Shown: in pieces, positions 19,774 to 28,527 of the stretch
Layout of the letters: every line of letters begins with the position of its first letter
Position numbering within the stretch: the first letter of the stretch is position 1
From: an uncultured Chitinophagaceae bacterium
GTDB taxonomy: Bacteria > Bacteroidota > Bacteroidia > Chitinophagales > LD1
Assembly (NCBI GenBank): GCA_964537475.1
Contig: CAZIBY010000006.1
Location: 154,641 to 218,640, forward strand
Direction: 5' to 3'
Length of the DNA stretch: 64,000 nucleotides
Program-made: the position numbers and the translations under genes
The notes under the pieces: generated by a model
Told to the model about the DNA's origin: nothing
What the model saw: the letters and a program-made list of their open reading frames with translations, nothing else
Databases searched by the model: none

Positions 19774-20904
19774 TCACGGCTCATCTACAAACAGGTCTGA
19801 CGCTATCCGGTCTGCATAGTGACGTCCGGCCTGGGTCAGGCGGACTATATTCCCCTCCATTATATAGAAGGAAGCGTCTGTATCCTGTAGCGAGCCGACG
19901 ATCTCCGCCCTGAATGCTGAGACCTCCGGCCGGCTCAGGTCACAGCCCCACATGGTGCGTAGGGAAGTCATGATGTATTCATTGGCGCGCTGGGCGGTGG
20001 TCAGGTATTCCACTTCGTAGGGTAGCTTTCCCTCGCTTATGCTTTTGATATACGTATTGTTATTAGCCACATTCCACCGGCGCGAGGTGCCATCGTAGGA
20101 GTGAGCTGATGGTCCCAGGCCGAGATACTTCTTTCCCCGCCAGTAGTTCGTATTGTGTATAGCGTGATGACCGGGGAGGGCAAAGTTGCTGATCTCATAT
20201 TGGTCATAGCCGTTTGCAGCCATCTCCTCCATCAGTATATCAAACTGGCGGGAGCTCTGTATCTCATCTACGGGTACGGCGTGGCCGGTTCGTATGTTTT
20301 TATCCAGATAGGTCTTGGGCTCTACAGTCAGGGCATAGGAGGATATATGCGGAATACCCAGTGCGATGGCCTGTCGGATATTATCGCGCCAAGCCTCATC
20401 TGTCATACCGGGTGTACCATATATCAGGTCTATGGTCAGGTTTTGAAATCCGGCTGCCTGTACCCGCTCTATAGCACGGAGCGCCTCCTGCGCATTGTGC
20501 GCCCGGTTCATATATATAAGGTCAGCCTCACGGAACGATTGCACCCCGATGGATAGTCTACCCAGGCCGAGCGTACGAAGCCTACTGAGCTCTGCTATTT
20601 TATCTGCGGTGAGGTCATCGGGATTGGCCTCTATGGTCAGTTCTCCGAGGTGGACATCGGGATATGCTTTATAGATAGCCTCAAGTATCTGCCGTAGCTG
20701 ACCTGCCGCCAGCATAGTGGGAGTACCACCACCGAAGTAAATAGTCTCTACCGTCTCCCCATCCAGGTATCCACCGGTGAGCTCCACCTCTCTGATGATC
20801 GCAGCTACCAGCTCATCACGTCGGGCCGGAGATGTAGTGAAATAGAAATTGCAGTAGTGACAGGCCTGCCGGCAAAAGGGGATATGGATATAGATGCCTG
20901 CCAT
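19774..20904 (-). CDS. hemW: Radical SAM heme chaperone HemW / oxygen-independent coproporphyrinogen oxidase-like
   Basis: MAGIYIHIPFCRQACHYCNFYF (CxxxCxxC radical-SAM cluster), GGGTPT, and an HemN_C-like tail. I place the start at the ATG at 20904. The track's 43 extra codons precede the conserved N-terminus. Confidence 0.9.
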   Translation of the reverse strand: MAGIYIHIPFCRQACHYCNFYFTTSPARRDELVAAIIREVELTGGYLDGETVETIYFGGGTPTMLAAGQLRQILEAIYKAYPDVHLGELTIEANPDDLTADKIAELSRLRTLGLGRLSIGVQSFREADLIYMNRAHNAQEALRAIERVQAAGFQNLTIDLIYGTPGMTDEAWRDNIRQAIALGIPHISSYALTVEPKTYLDKNIRTGHAVPVDEIQSSRQFDILMEEMAANGYDQYEISNFALPGHHAIHNTNYWRGKKYLGLGPSAHSYDGTSRRWNVANNNTYIKSISEGKLPYEVEYLTTAQRANEYIMTSLRTMWGCDLSRPEVSAFRAEIVGSLQDTDASFYIMEGNIVRLTQAGRHYADRIASDLFVDEP

Positions 20905-20978
20905 GATCCAAAAATCAAGAATCTTATTGCCAATGCCAAAATCTAAATCCATCTTTAGCGTTATCTTTAGCTGATCGG

Positions 20979-22751
20979 ATGAAAGGATGGTTTTTATGGC
21001 TGGCCGTGTTTTGGCTAAAGGTAGCTGCTGCACAGGAACCCTGGCACCTGGAGGTGGTATGCCATGACAAGCCCGCTGTCTTTTTTACAAAGAAGCTTTC
21101 ATACAGATCTACGTTCCCTGACTCCATCCGTCAGCGCAAGGAGCTAGACTATCTGTATACCCAGATCAGAAACCAGGGATACCTGACTGCCTCTATGGAC
21201 AGCATAGTCACCCTCGGTCACACTACCTTTGCATATATATATGTAGGGGATAAGTTTGAGACCATCACTATATATAATGGTAATATCCCGCCGGACTTCC
21301 TGCCGGATATCGGATTGAAGAAACTGGGCGATGGCAAGACCATCCCCGCTGATGGTACTTTGCTCTTCAAGGAGAAAGTGATCCAGTCTTGCGAGAATAT
21401 TGGCTACCCGTTTGCAGAGGTGTGGCTGGATAGCTTTGATATGAGAGACGGGCAGCTATCTGCCAGGGTATACCTGAAACTTCACGATCTCTTTCACTAT
21501 GACACGCTGCGGATACAGGGCAAAACGAAAATACGCCCGCTGTTTCTGCGAAACTATCTCGGTATCAAACCCGGCAAAGTATATAATGAAGCCAGTGTGC
21601 GGCGCATCACCCAGCGGCTGAATGATCTTCAGTTTGCCGAGGTGATCAAGCCGCATACTGTCGAGTTTCGCGCTGAGAAAGCCCGTATCAATGTGTTCCT
21701 GAAAGATAGGAAGACAAGCCAGTTTGACTTGCTCATAGGCGTGCTGCCGGGCAGCTCCGGCCAAAAGGTGCTGATCACCGGTGATGTCAAGATACACCTC
21801 GTCGCGCCATTTGGTGCCGGGGAGGATCTCTACGTGCAGTGGCAGAAACTACAACCCAAGACTCAAACGCTCACCGCACGGATCATCTACCCCTATCTGC
21901 TCGGTCTGCCGCTAGGGTTGAATGTCAATTTTCAGTTTTATAAAAAGGATACCTCATACCTACAGATAGACGGAGACTATGGCGTGCAATACCAGCTCTC
22001 CGGAAACGACTACCTCAAGGCATCTTATCGCCAGAAGGTTTCCATCATTCTGGATCCGGATACGAACTATGTCAAGATAAACCGTGCCCTGCCCACCAAC
22101 CTGGATTTGAGCACTAATGAATTTGCTTTGGAGTTTTATATGCAGAAGCTCAACTACCGGTTCAACCCGGTGTCGGGTTTTGTACTCCAGACCAGTATAG
22201 CGGCAGGAGCGAGGACTATCAAAAAGAATACGACCATAGCCAGCCTATACGATCAGGTAGAGGGCAGAACTTTTGCCAGCCTGTATGATACTGTGCGATT
22301 GACCACTTTTCAGCTACACCTCGCGCTGATGATAGACAAGTTCTGGAAGATCAATAGCCGTATGACGATCCGTACCATGTTTGAGGGAAAATATTTCTTT
22401 GCAGACAGGATACTGGACAATGAACAATACCAGATAGGCGGTGTGACCTCTCTGAGAGGCTTTGATGACCGGTCCATCTTCACGCCATACTACGGCATGG
22501 GTGACCTGGAGTACCGCTACCTGATCTCAAAAAATTCCTATTTCTTCGCCTTCGTCAATGCTGCACTGGTGAAGGAACCTGGCCACTACGTCAATAAGCC
22601 TTTCGACTTTCCGTTTGGATTCGGAGCGGGCACTACCTTTGAGACCAAGATCGGACTCTTTGGCCTGACCTATGCGCTGGGCAAGCAGCTGGACAACCCG
22701 ATCTCATTTAAGAATGGCAAGATACACTTCGGCTATATAAATTACTTCTAG
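20979..22751 (+). CDS. BamA/TamA (Omp85)-family outer-membrane protein
   Basis: 590 aa. Signal peptide, POTRA-like N-terminal repeats, a beta-barrel with GGVTSLRGF, and a C-terminal ...HFGYINYF aromatic end. Confidence 0.7.
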   Translation: MKGWFLWLAVFWLKVAAAQEPWHLEVVCHDKPAVFFTKKLSYRSTFPDSIRQRKELDYLYTQIRNQGYLTASMDSIVTLGHTTFAYIYVGDKFETITIYNGNIPPDFLPDIGLKKLGDGKTIPADGTLLFKEKVIQSCENIGYPFAEVWLDSFDMRDGQLSARVYLKLHDLFHYDTLRIQGKTKIRPLFLRNYLGIKPGKVYNEASVRRITQRLNDLQFAEVIKPHTVEFRAEKARINVFLKDRKTSQFDLLIGVLPGSSGQKVLITGDVKIHLVAPFGAGEDLYVQWQKLQPKTQTLTARIIYPYLLGLPLGLNVNFQFYKKDTSYLQIDGDYGVQYQLSGNDYLKASYRQKVSIILDPDTNYVKINRALPTNLDLSTNEFALEFYMQKLNYRFNPVSGFVLQTSIAAGARTIKKNTTIASLYDQVEGRTFASLYDTVRLTTFQLHLALMIDKFWKINSRMTIRTMFEGKYFFADRILDNEQYQIGGVTSLRGFDDRSIFTPYYGMGDLEYRYLISKNSYFFAFVNAALVKEPGHYVNKPFDFPFGFGAGTTFETKIGLFGLTYALGKQLDNPISFKNGKIHFGYINYF

Positions 22752-23629
22752 TGCGCGCGATCATCACATTCCTGTTTCTTGTCTTCGCTGTATCGCTGCA
22801 TGCGCAGGATGATACGCTGGCCCTGGTGCAGGATAGTATACCTGTAGCAGATTCTGCCGCGCAGGTGATCGTGATAGATACTGCTGCGGTCTATCATGCA
22901 GACAGTGTAGCCCACTACTCATCTGCTCTGACAGGAGGCGCGAGAGCTACATGGTATGACATCGAGCAGGAGCGCCGCATGCCTGACAATACGTTTATGT
23001 TTCTCCTGCTGGTAGCGCTGCTCATCGTACTCACCACGCTGAAACTGGCTTTCAGCAACGATTTCACAGACCTCTTCAGATCCGTAGCGAGCTCTAATAT
23101 CGCATCGCAGATCGTACGCACATCACGCGAGGATCTATCGCTATCATCGTTTCTCATGAATGGCATCTTCGTAGTCTCCATGTCTATCTTCACGCGATTT
23201 GTATTGTTGCATTTTTATCCTTACTCTGCATTGTCCGACAATTTTTCAATAGTCAAGCTCATCATTTTATTCACATTTTTTTTCGTAGCGAAGTTTGCAT
23301 TGCTACGCTACATCGGAAATCTTTTTGAGCTGCGCGCATCAGTAGATGAGTACTTGTTTAATCTCTCTGCCATAGTCAGAACCATTGGTATTGCAATGAT
23401 TCCAATACTATTCATGCTATACGCATCATCAGAAAAATATTTCCTTTTCATCTTCATCGCATCACTTGTGATATTGAGCGCTGGCGTGGTGATGATCGTG
23501 ATCCGAGGTTTATCCACATCGTATAAAGTGATGTACAGCAGTCTGTATCATTTTTTAATATACATTTGTGTTGGAGAAATATTACCAGTATTTCTATTTA
23601 TTAAATTGTTAACCAAAACAGCTATTTAA
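22751..23629 (+). CDS. Polytopic membrane protein (DUF4271-like)
   Basis: 292 aa with a GTG start overlapping the upstream stop (TAGTG) and 5-6 hydrophobic helices. I recall DUF4271 proteins sitting immediately upstream of hemD-like genes in Bacteroidota. This is a family call from memory. Confidence 0.5.
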   Translation: MRAIITFLFLVFAVSLHAQDDTLALVQDSIPVADSAAQVIVIDTAAVYHADSVAHYSSALTGGARATWYDIEQERRMPDNTFMFLLLVALLIVLTTLKLAFSNDFTDLFRSVASSNIASQIVRTSREDLSLSSFLMNGIFVVSMSIFTRFVLLHFYPYSALSDNFSIVKLIILFTFFFVAKFALLRYIGNLFELRASVDEYLFNLSAIVRTIGIAMIPILFMLYASSEKYFLFIFIASLVILSAGVVMIVIRGLSTSYKVMYSSLYHFLIYICVGEILPVFLFIKLLTKTAI

Positions 23630-23630
23630 C

Positions 23631-23816
23631 ATGGCAACAAAGTCAACAGCAAAGAAAGCTGCCCCAAAGAAAGCTGCTAAGAAAGCCGCCCCTAAGAAGG
23701 CTGCTAAGAAAGCCGCTCCTAAGAAGGTAGCAAAGAAGGCTGCCCCTAAGAAGGCTGCTAAGAAAGCTGCCCCTAAGAAGGCCGCTAAGAAGGCTGCCCC
23801 TAAAAAAAAAGCGTAA
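23631..23816 (+). CDS. 61-aa Lys/Ala/Pro repeat protein (histone H1-like / AlgP-like basic repeat)
   Basis: MATKSTAKKAAPKKAAKKAAPKKAAKKAAPKKVAKKAAPKKAAKKAAPKKAAKKAAPKKKA. The ATG lies 1 nt after the DUF4271-like stop. The strand and frame choice rests on this context, because two minus-strand ORFs also lie open across the repeat. Confidence 0.5.
   Translation: MATKSTAKKAAPKKAAKKAAPKKAAKKAAPKKVAKKAAPKKAAKKAAPKKAAKKAAPKKKA
23651..23810 (+). repeat. Tandem 27-bp (9-codon, AAKKAAPKK) repeat, about 6 copies, ending in an A9 run
   Basis: Repeated gctgctaagaaagccgcccctaagaag-type units. An A9 homopolymer lies at 23802-23810, just before the stop. Confidence 0.9.
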
Positions 23817-23866
23817 GCTCGGGCAAGCAATCAAGATCTAACAGCAGTAGCACTTCCGGTCGCAAG

Positions 23867-24940
23867 ATGGCTGATGAGAAATCAACTAAACCGAGTGCTA
23901 CTGCTTTTATTTTGAAAAGCAGTAAGACTAAAAAGCCATCGTTAAATAAAGCCTCTGTGTCCTCTAAGAAAGTAGTAAAGCCGGCTCCCAAAGCTCCGGC
24001 CGCCCCAGTCAAGAAATCTCCGGCAAAATCTCCAGCCAAATCTTCCGCTACTCCTGCTCAAAAACCAACCGCAGCTACCGCAGCACCCGCACCTGCCGAA
24101 GAAAAAAAGAAGCCGGTAAGACTCTCCGAAATCCTGAAACCTAAAAATGATAAGAACTATAGTGAGTTTCTGAGTACTGAGCCTAAGACGCGCCTCAAAA
24201 ATATCATCGTGGCCCAGCCACAACCGGAAGGGATCAAATCTCCATACTTCGATCTGGAGTCAAAATATAAAGTCAAGTTTCAGTTTACACCATTTGTGAC
24301 TGTAGAGGGAGTACAAGGCAAGGACTTCCGCAAGCAGCGTATCTCTCTTAATGATTTCAGCGGAATCATATTTACGAGCCGCAATGCCATAGACCATTTC
24401 TTTCGTATCTGCGAGGAGCTCCGTGTCAAGATGAGCCAGGAGACAAAGTACTTCTGCACGTCTGAGGCTATAGCTCTCTATCTGCAGAAATATACCCAAT
24501 ACCGCAAGCGCAAGGTTTTCTTCAGCGATACTAATAGCAATAAGGAGATGCGCGCGCTGATCCTGAAGCATCGCGATACGACCAGGTTTCTCTACATAGG
24601 CCCGGAGGTCCGCAGCAAGGATGAGATCACCTCATTCATGTCTGACCAGAATATCCCATTCACAGAGGCGGTGATGTACCGCACCGTGCCGAGCGATCTG
24701 CGCAAGGTGGACCTCAGCAAATACGATATGATGGTGCTCTTTAGTCCGTCAGCTATACACTCTCTCTTCCAGAGCTTCCCGGCATTCAAGCCTGGTAAAC
24801 TGAAAGTAGGGGTATATGGCAAGACCACAGCCGATGCTGTGCTGGAGGCCAAATGGCAGATACACCTGATGGCACCACTGGAGGGCGCGCCATCTATCAT
24901 AGCGGCGCTGGATGGTTACCTGAAAGTTTCTAATAAATAG
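23867..24940 (+). CDS. Uroporphyrinogen-III synthase (HemD)-like protein with a ~100-aa basic Lys/Pro/Ala/Ser-rich N-terminal extension
   Basis: The C-terminal ~255 aa (LKNIIVAQPQPEGIKSPYFDLESKYKVKFQFTPFVTVEG...IFTSRNAIDHFF...VLFSPSAI) match the Bacteroidota HemD-like family as I remember it. No in-frame ATG lies near the domain start, so the KKPS...PAKSPAKS...EEKKKP extension appears to be translated. Confidence 0.7.
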   Translation: MADEKSTKPSATAFILKSSKTKKPSLNKASVSSKKVVKPAPKAPAAPVKKSPAKSPAKSSATPAQKPTAATAAPAPAEEKKKPVRLSEILKPKNDKNYSEFLSTEPKTRLKNIIVAQPQPEGIKSPYFDLESKYKVKFQFTPFVTVEGVQGKDFRKQRISLNDFSGIIFTSRNAIDHFFRICEELRVKMSQETKYFCTSEAIALYLQKYTQYRKRKVFFSDTNSNKEMRALILKHRDTTRFLYIGPEVRSKDEITSFMSDQNIPFTEAVMYRTVPSDLRKVDLSKYDMMVLFSPSAIHSLFQSFPAFKPGKLKVGVYGKTTADAVLEAKWQIHLMAPLEGAPSIIAALDGYLKVSNK

Positions 24941-24973
24941 AGGCGGAGGATCTGCGGCAGATGTAGCAGTCTT

Positions 24974-25684
24974 TTATCCTATCAGAAATATACAGTATCG
25001 TTTGTGAAGCTCGGGTACCTGCCTGCGCCAGTCCGATATCTTTTTGGTAGCGATGTACTCAGTGGGTAGCGTCAGGTCACATGCCACGCAGAGTTTCGTA
25101 TCCGCGCTCAGATGCTGTAGCGCATCCCTCAGCATAGCATCATTCCGGAATGGGGTCTCCATGAAAATTTGAGTGCCGCCGCGTTTAGCAGCATCTTCCA
25201 GTTGTTTCAGTTTCCTGGCCCTGTCGGCACTCTGTATAGGCAGGTAGCCGTGAAAAGAAAATTGCTGTCCGCTAAAGCCGGAGGCCACCAGTGCCAGCAA
25301 AATAGAACTGGGGCCTACCAGTGGTGATACCTGATAGCCGCGGATGTGCGCGTAGCTCACTATCTCATATCCCGGATCAGCTATGCAGGGATTGCCAGCC
25401 TCGCTGATGATACCTATGTCATGCCCCGACTCTATCGGCGCCAGAAGTTGCTTCGCATGGTTGGACTCATGTTTATCCAGCTCCTGTATAGTGACCTCCG
25501 TGTCAAAGTTTTTCTTGTAGCCGATAGCACGCAGGTAGCGCCGTGCAGTGCGCGCATCTTCCACGATGAAGTGGTGCAGTTCATTGACCACATTTCTCAC
25601 CTGATCGGGTATGATCGCATTATCATTCTCTCCGAGAAAAGATGGTATCAGATACAGGCGTCCTGTCTTTCGGGGTTCGCTCAT
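24974..25684 (-). CDS. SAM-dependent methyltransferase, tetrapyrrole-methylase fold (RsmI-like paralogue)
   Basis: 236 aa. GRLYLIPSFLG, GIISEAGNPCIADPG and LVGPSSILLAL are blocks of the RsmI/TP_methylase family. The start overlaps the PBP stop (TAATG). Confidence 0.75.
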   Translation of the reverse strand: MSEPRKTGRLYLIPSFLGENDNAIIPDQVRNVVNELHHFIVEDARTARRYLRAIGYKKNFDTEVTIQELDKHESNHAKQLLAPIESGHDIGIISEAGNPCIADPGYEIVSYAHIRGYQVSPLVGPSSILLALVASGFSGQQFSFHGYLPIQSADRARKLKQLEDAAKRGGTQIFMETPFRNDAMLRDALQHLSADTKLCVACDLTLPTEYIATKKISDWRRQVPELHKRYCIFLIG

Positions 25685-27930
25685 TATTCCGGTTTGCTGT
25701 TTTCTACCGAGTCCATATGCACCACCGAGCAGTCAAAATTGATCTCAGTCGTGCTATCCTGTAGCGCAGGAAAGGCCGCGTTCATATTCAGCTTTAGTTT
25801 ATAGTCACCATAGGCTCTGTTCAGGAAGCGCCCGACCACCGGCAGGGCAGCGGCAGCTCCGGTACCTGATGAGGCGAAGTGTACACTCGGCTGCTCAAAT
25901 CCTACCCAGCAGCCCGCTACGATATCAGGGGTCATACCGATAAACCATGCATCTGCGTTAGCCTGAGTCGTTCCGGTCTTGCCGGCCAGCGCCAGGCTGG
26001 GCAGTCCATAGCGCGGACGGATAGATGCAGCAGTACCACGGTTTACCACGCCTTTCATCATTTCTACTGTAGTGTAGGCTACGGTGGGAGAGAGAGCCGC
26101 AGAGTGTTCCTGATTGAAAGTAGCCAGCACATTACCCTTCTTGTCTGTGATCTTAGTGATGTAAAAAGGTTTGCAATACTCACCGCCATTTGCCAGGGTC
26201 AGGTATGCGCCCACCATCTCCATCAGTGATATGTCTGACACGCCGAGACAGAGTGCCGGCACCCTGTCCAGATCACTCTCTATATGTAGTTTGCGGGCCA
26301 TATCTATCAGGGCCTGCGGGCCAAAGTCGCACATCAGGTTTGCCGTCATACGGTTGTCTGAGTACCAGAGGCCCTGCTGCATCGGCACCAGGTCGCCATC
26401 TTTGAATTTTTTGCTGCCCGCTGGGTTCCATCCATTTTCGCCACAGGTCGGAGCGATATACTCTATCTGGTGGCAGGGATCATAGCCACGCTCTATGGCT
26501 ACTGCATACTGCAGTGGTTTCATGGTAGAGCCCACCTGCCGCTTGGTAGATTTTTTGACGTGGTCCAGTTGGAAGTATTTCATGTTAGGCCCGCCTACCC
26601 AGGCTTTGATCTCACCGGTGTGTACATCTACTGCCAGGAACCCGCACTGTATGATCTGCAGGTAGTAGCGTAGCGAGTCGGTGATGGTCATAGACGTATC
26701 CTTGTCATACGATCCGTGGTCGCCATCATAGGAGAAGATGGTCATATCCGTTTTCTGATTAAACAGCTTGCGGATCTCTGCATCGGATTTGCCCTGCGCC
26801 TTCAGGTCCTGGTAGTGCTGACTCTGTACGATAGCCTTGTCCAGCAGGTCGGGTTTGGCTCTCTCTCCAAACTTCCACGGCTCCTTGCCATGCCATTCTT
26901 TGAAGTAGGAGTCCTGCAGAAATTTCAGATGCTCCCTGATGGCGTCCTCAGCATAGCGCTGCATACGAGAGTCTATCGTAGTATATACCTGCAGGCCATC
27001 CGTATAGATATCGTACTTCGTACCGTCCGGCTTCTTATGTTTGTCACACCATGCTTTCAGCTCCTGCCTCAGGTTCTCGCGTAGGTAGGTGGCCAGGCCC
27101 TCGCGGTAGTCTGCACTGTGAAAGTTGAGCTTGATCTGCTTTTTGCTCAGCGTATCGCAGGCGGCCTGATCTATGATTCTGGCCTCTACCATTCGTTTCA
27201 GCACGATGTTGCGGCGGTCTTCCGCCTTGTCAGGGTGTTTTCTGGGATTAAACTTACTGGGTGCATTGACCATCCCTACCAGTAGTGCCGCCTCCTGAGG
27301 TTTCAGATCTTTTGGTGTTTTGCCATAGTAGGTCCACGCGGCCGTCTTGATACCAAAAGACTGGTTACCGAATTTTACCGTATTAAAATAAAGCGTAATG
27401 ATCTCCTCTTTAGAAAACATCCGCTCGATCTTGGCAGCCAGCACCCATTCTTTTAGTTTCTGTTTAGATCGCTGTATACGGCTAGTCTTATAGAAATCCT
27501 GGTGAAAAAGGTTCTTGGCCAGCTGCTGTGTAATGGTAGAGGCACCACCACGGTCGCGACCTAGCAGTGGACCGAGTATAGCTGCAAAGAGCCCCTTCAT
27601 ATCGATACCCGAGTGCTCGTAGAAACGCTTGTCTTCTGTAGCCACCAGCGCCTTGACCAGATAGGGAGAGAGGTCATCGTAGGCTATCTCTATACGGTTC
27701 TCATTATAGTAGCTGCCCAGTACTTCGCCATCGGCAGAGTAGACAGTGGTAGAGACATCATTATTGGGGTTTTGTATGGCCTCCAGGTCGGGCATCTCGC
27801 CCAGCAGGCCTGCATTGACACCCACGAAGAAGAGAAAGACCAGCAGGATGCAAGACCAGAGCGCGATCTGTACCAGTTTGAAGACTTCCCAGAAATTATT
27901 GAAATTGACTTTCTTCAGTTTGAACTTCAT
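25684..27930 (-). CDS. mrcA: Class A penicillin-binding protein (PBP1A; glycosyltransferase + transpeptidase)
   Basis: GT51 motifs EDKRFYEHSGID and GASTITQQLAKN. Transpeptidase motifs STMKP (SxxK), SDN and KTGTT. N-terminal membrane anchor. Confidence 0.95.
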   Translation of the reverse strand: MKFKLKKVNFNNFWEVFKLVQIALWSCILLVFLFFVGVNAGLLGEMPDLEAIQNPNNDVSTTVYSADGEVLGSYYNENRIEIAYDDLSPYLVKALVATEDKRFYEHSGIDMKGLFAAILGPLLGRDRGGASTITQQLAKNLFHQDFYKTSRIQRSKQKLKEWVLAAKIERMFSKEEIITLYFNTVKFGNQSFGIKTAAWTYYGKTPKDLKPQEAALLVGMVNAPSKFNPRKHPDKAEDRRNIVLKRMVEARIIDQAACDTLSKKQIKLNFHSADYREGLATYLRENLRQELKAWCDKHKKPDGTKYDIYTDGLQVYTTIDSRMQRYAEDAIREHLKFLQDSYFKEWHGKEPWKFGERAKPDLLDKAIVQSQHYQDLKAQGKSDAEIRKLFNQKTDMTIFSYDGDHGSYDKDTSMTITDSLRYYLQIIQCGFLAVDVHTGEIKAWVGGPNMKYFQLDHVKKSTKRQVGSTMKPLQYAVAIERGYDPCHQIEYIAPTCGENGWNPAGSKKFKDGDLVPMQQGLWYSDNRMTANLMCDFGPQALIDMARKLHIESDLDRVPALCLGVSDISLMEMVGAYLTLANGGEYCKPFYITKITDKKGNVLATFNQEHSAALSPTVAYTTVEMMKGVVNRGTAASIRPRYGLPSLALAGKTGTTQANADAWFIGMTPDIVAGCWVGFEQPSVHFASSGTGAAAALPVVGRFLNRAYGDYKLKLNMNAAFPALQDSTTEINFDCSVVHMDSVENSKPE

Positions 27931-27938
27931 CTGTGTTT

Positions 27939-28508
27939 TTATCGTTTTCGCATCTGTCCGTAATAGGCCTCCAGGATATTATAAAACTCCTCTCCGTACT
28001 TGCGCAGCAGCGCATCTTTCACAAAACGGAAAACCGGCACTTTTAGTTTATTGCCATTCTTGCAGGCTGCCTTGCAGATGTTCCAGCGCTCGTAGTTGAC
28101 CGCTTCAAATGACTTATACTCGGTGATGCGGATAGGGTAGAGGTGGCAGGAGACCGGCTTTTTAAAGTCTACCCGGCCTGCCAGGTATGCCTTCTCTATG
28201 CCACAGACTGCTATGCCGTTGTCATAGTTCACATAGGCACAGGGGCCATCTTTGATCAGCGGCGTCTTCCATTTCTCATCTTCCGCTTCCCACATATATT
28301 TTTTCTTTTCCAGCACCTCTATGCCCTCGGCTGTCAGATAGGGCTTTACTGCTTCATATATATCCTCCAGTATCTGCAGTTCATTTTGATCCAGTGGTGC
28401 GCCAGTGTCACCCTCCACGCAGCAGGCGCCCTTGCAGGCATTGAGGTCACACACGAAGTGCTCCTCCAGTATATCCTCGCTGACTATTTTATTGTCTATT
28501 GATAGCAC
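27939..28508 (-). CDS. Cys-rich DUF3109-like protein
   Basis: 189 aa. FVCDLNACKGACCVEGDTGAPL at the N-terminus plus later Cys residues. The family call is from memory. Confidence 0.55.
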   Translation of the reverse strand: MLSIDNKIVSEDILEEHFVCDLNACKGACCVEGDTGAPLDQNELQILEDIYEAVKPYLTAEGIEVLEKKKYMWEAEDEKWKTPLIKDGPCAYVNYDNGIAVCGIEKAYLAGRVDFKKPVSCHLYPIRITEYKSFEAVNYERWNICKAACKNGNKLKVPVFRFVKDALLRKYGEEFYNILEAYYGQMRKR

Positions 28509-28527
28509 TTATTCCTATTTTCGGTTT

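Noticed and set aside
23609-23834. Two minus-strand ORFs (73 and 63 aa) across the K/A/P repeat. I also checked the regular 27-bp repeats as a possible CRISPR-like array
   Set aside because: The repeats are contiguous with no unique spacers and a 27-bp period, so they are not CRISPR. The minus-strand frames encode hydrophobic FLGAAFLAA repeats with no start context, while the plus frame starts 1 nt after the upstream gene's stop. The strand choice remains an inference.
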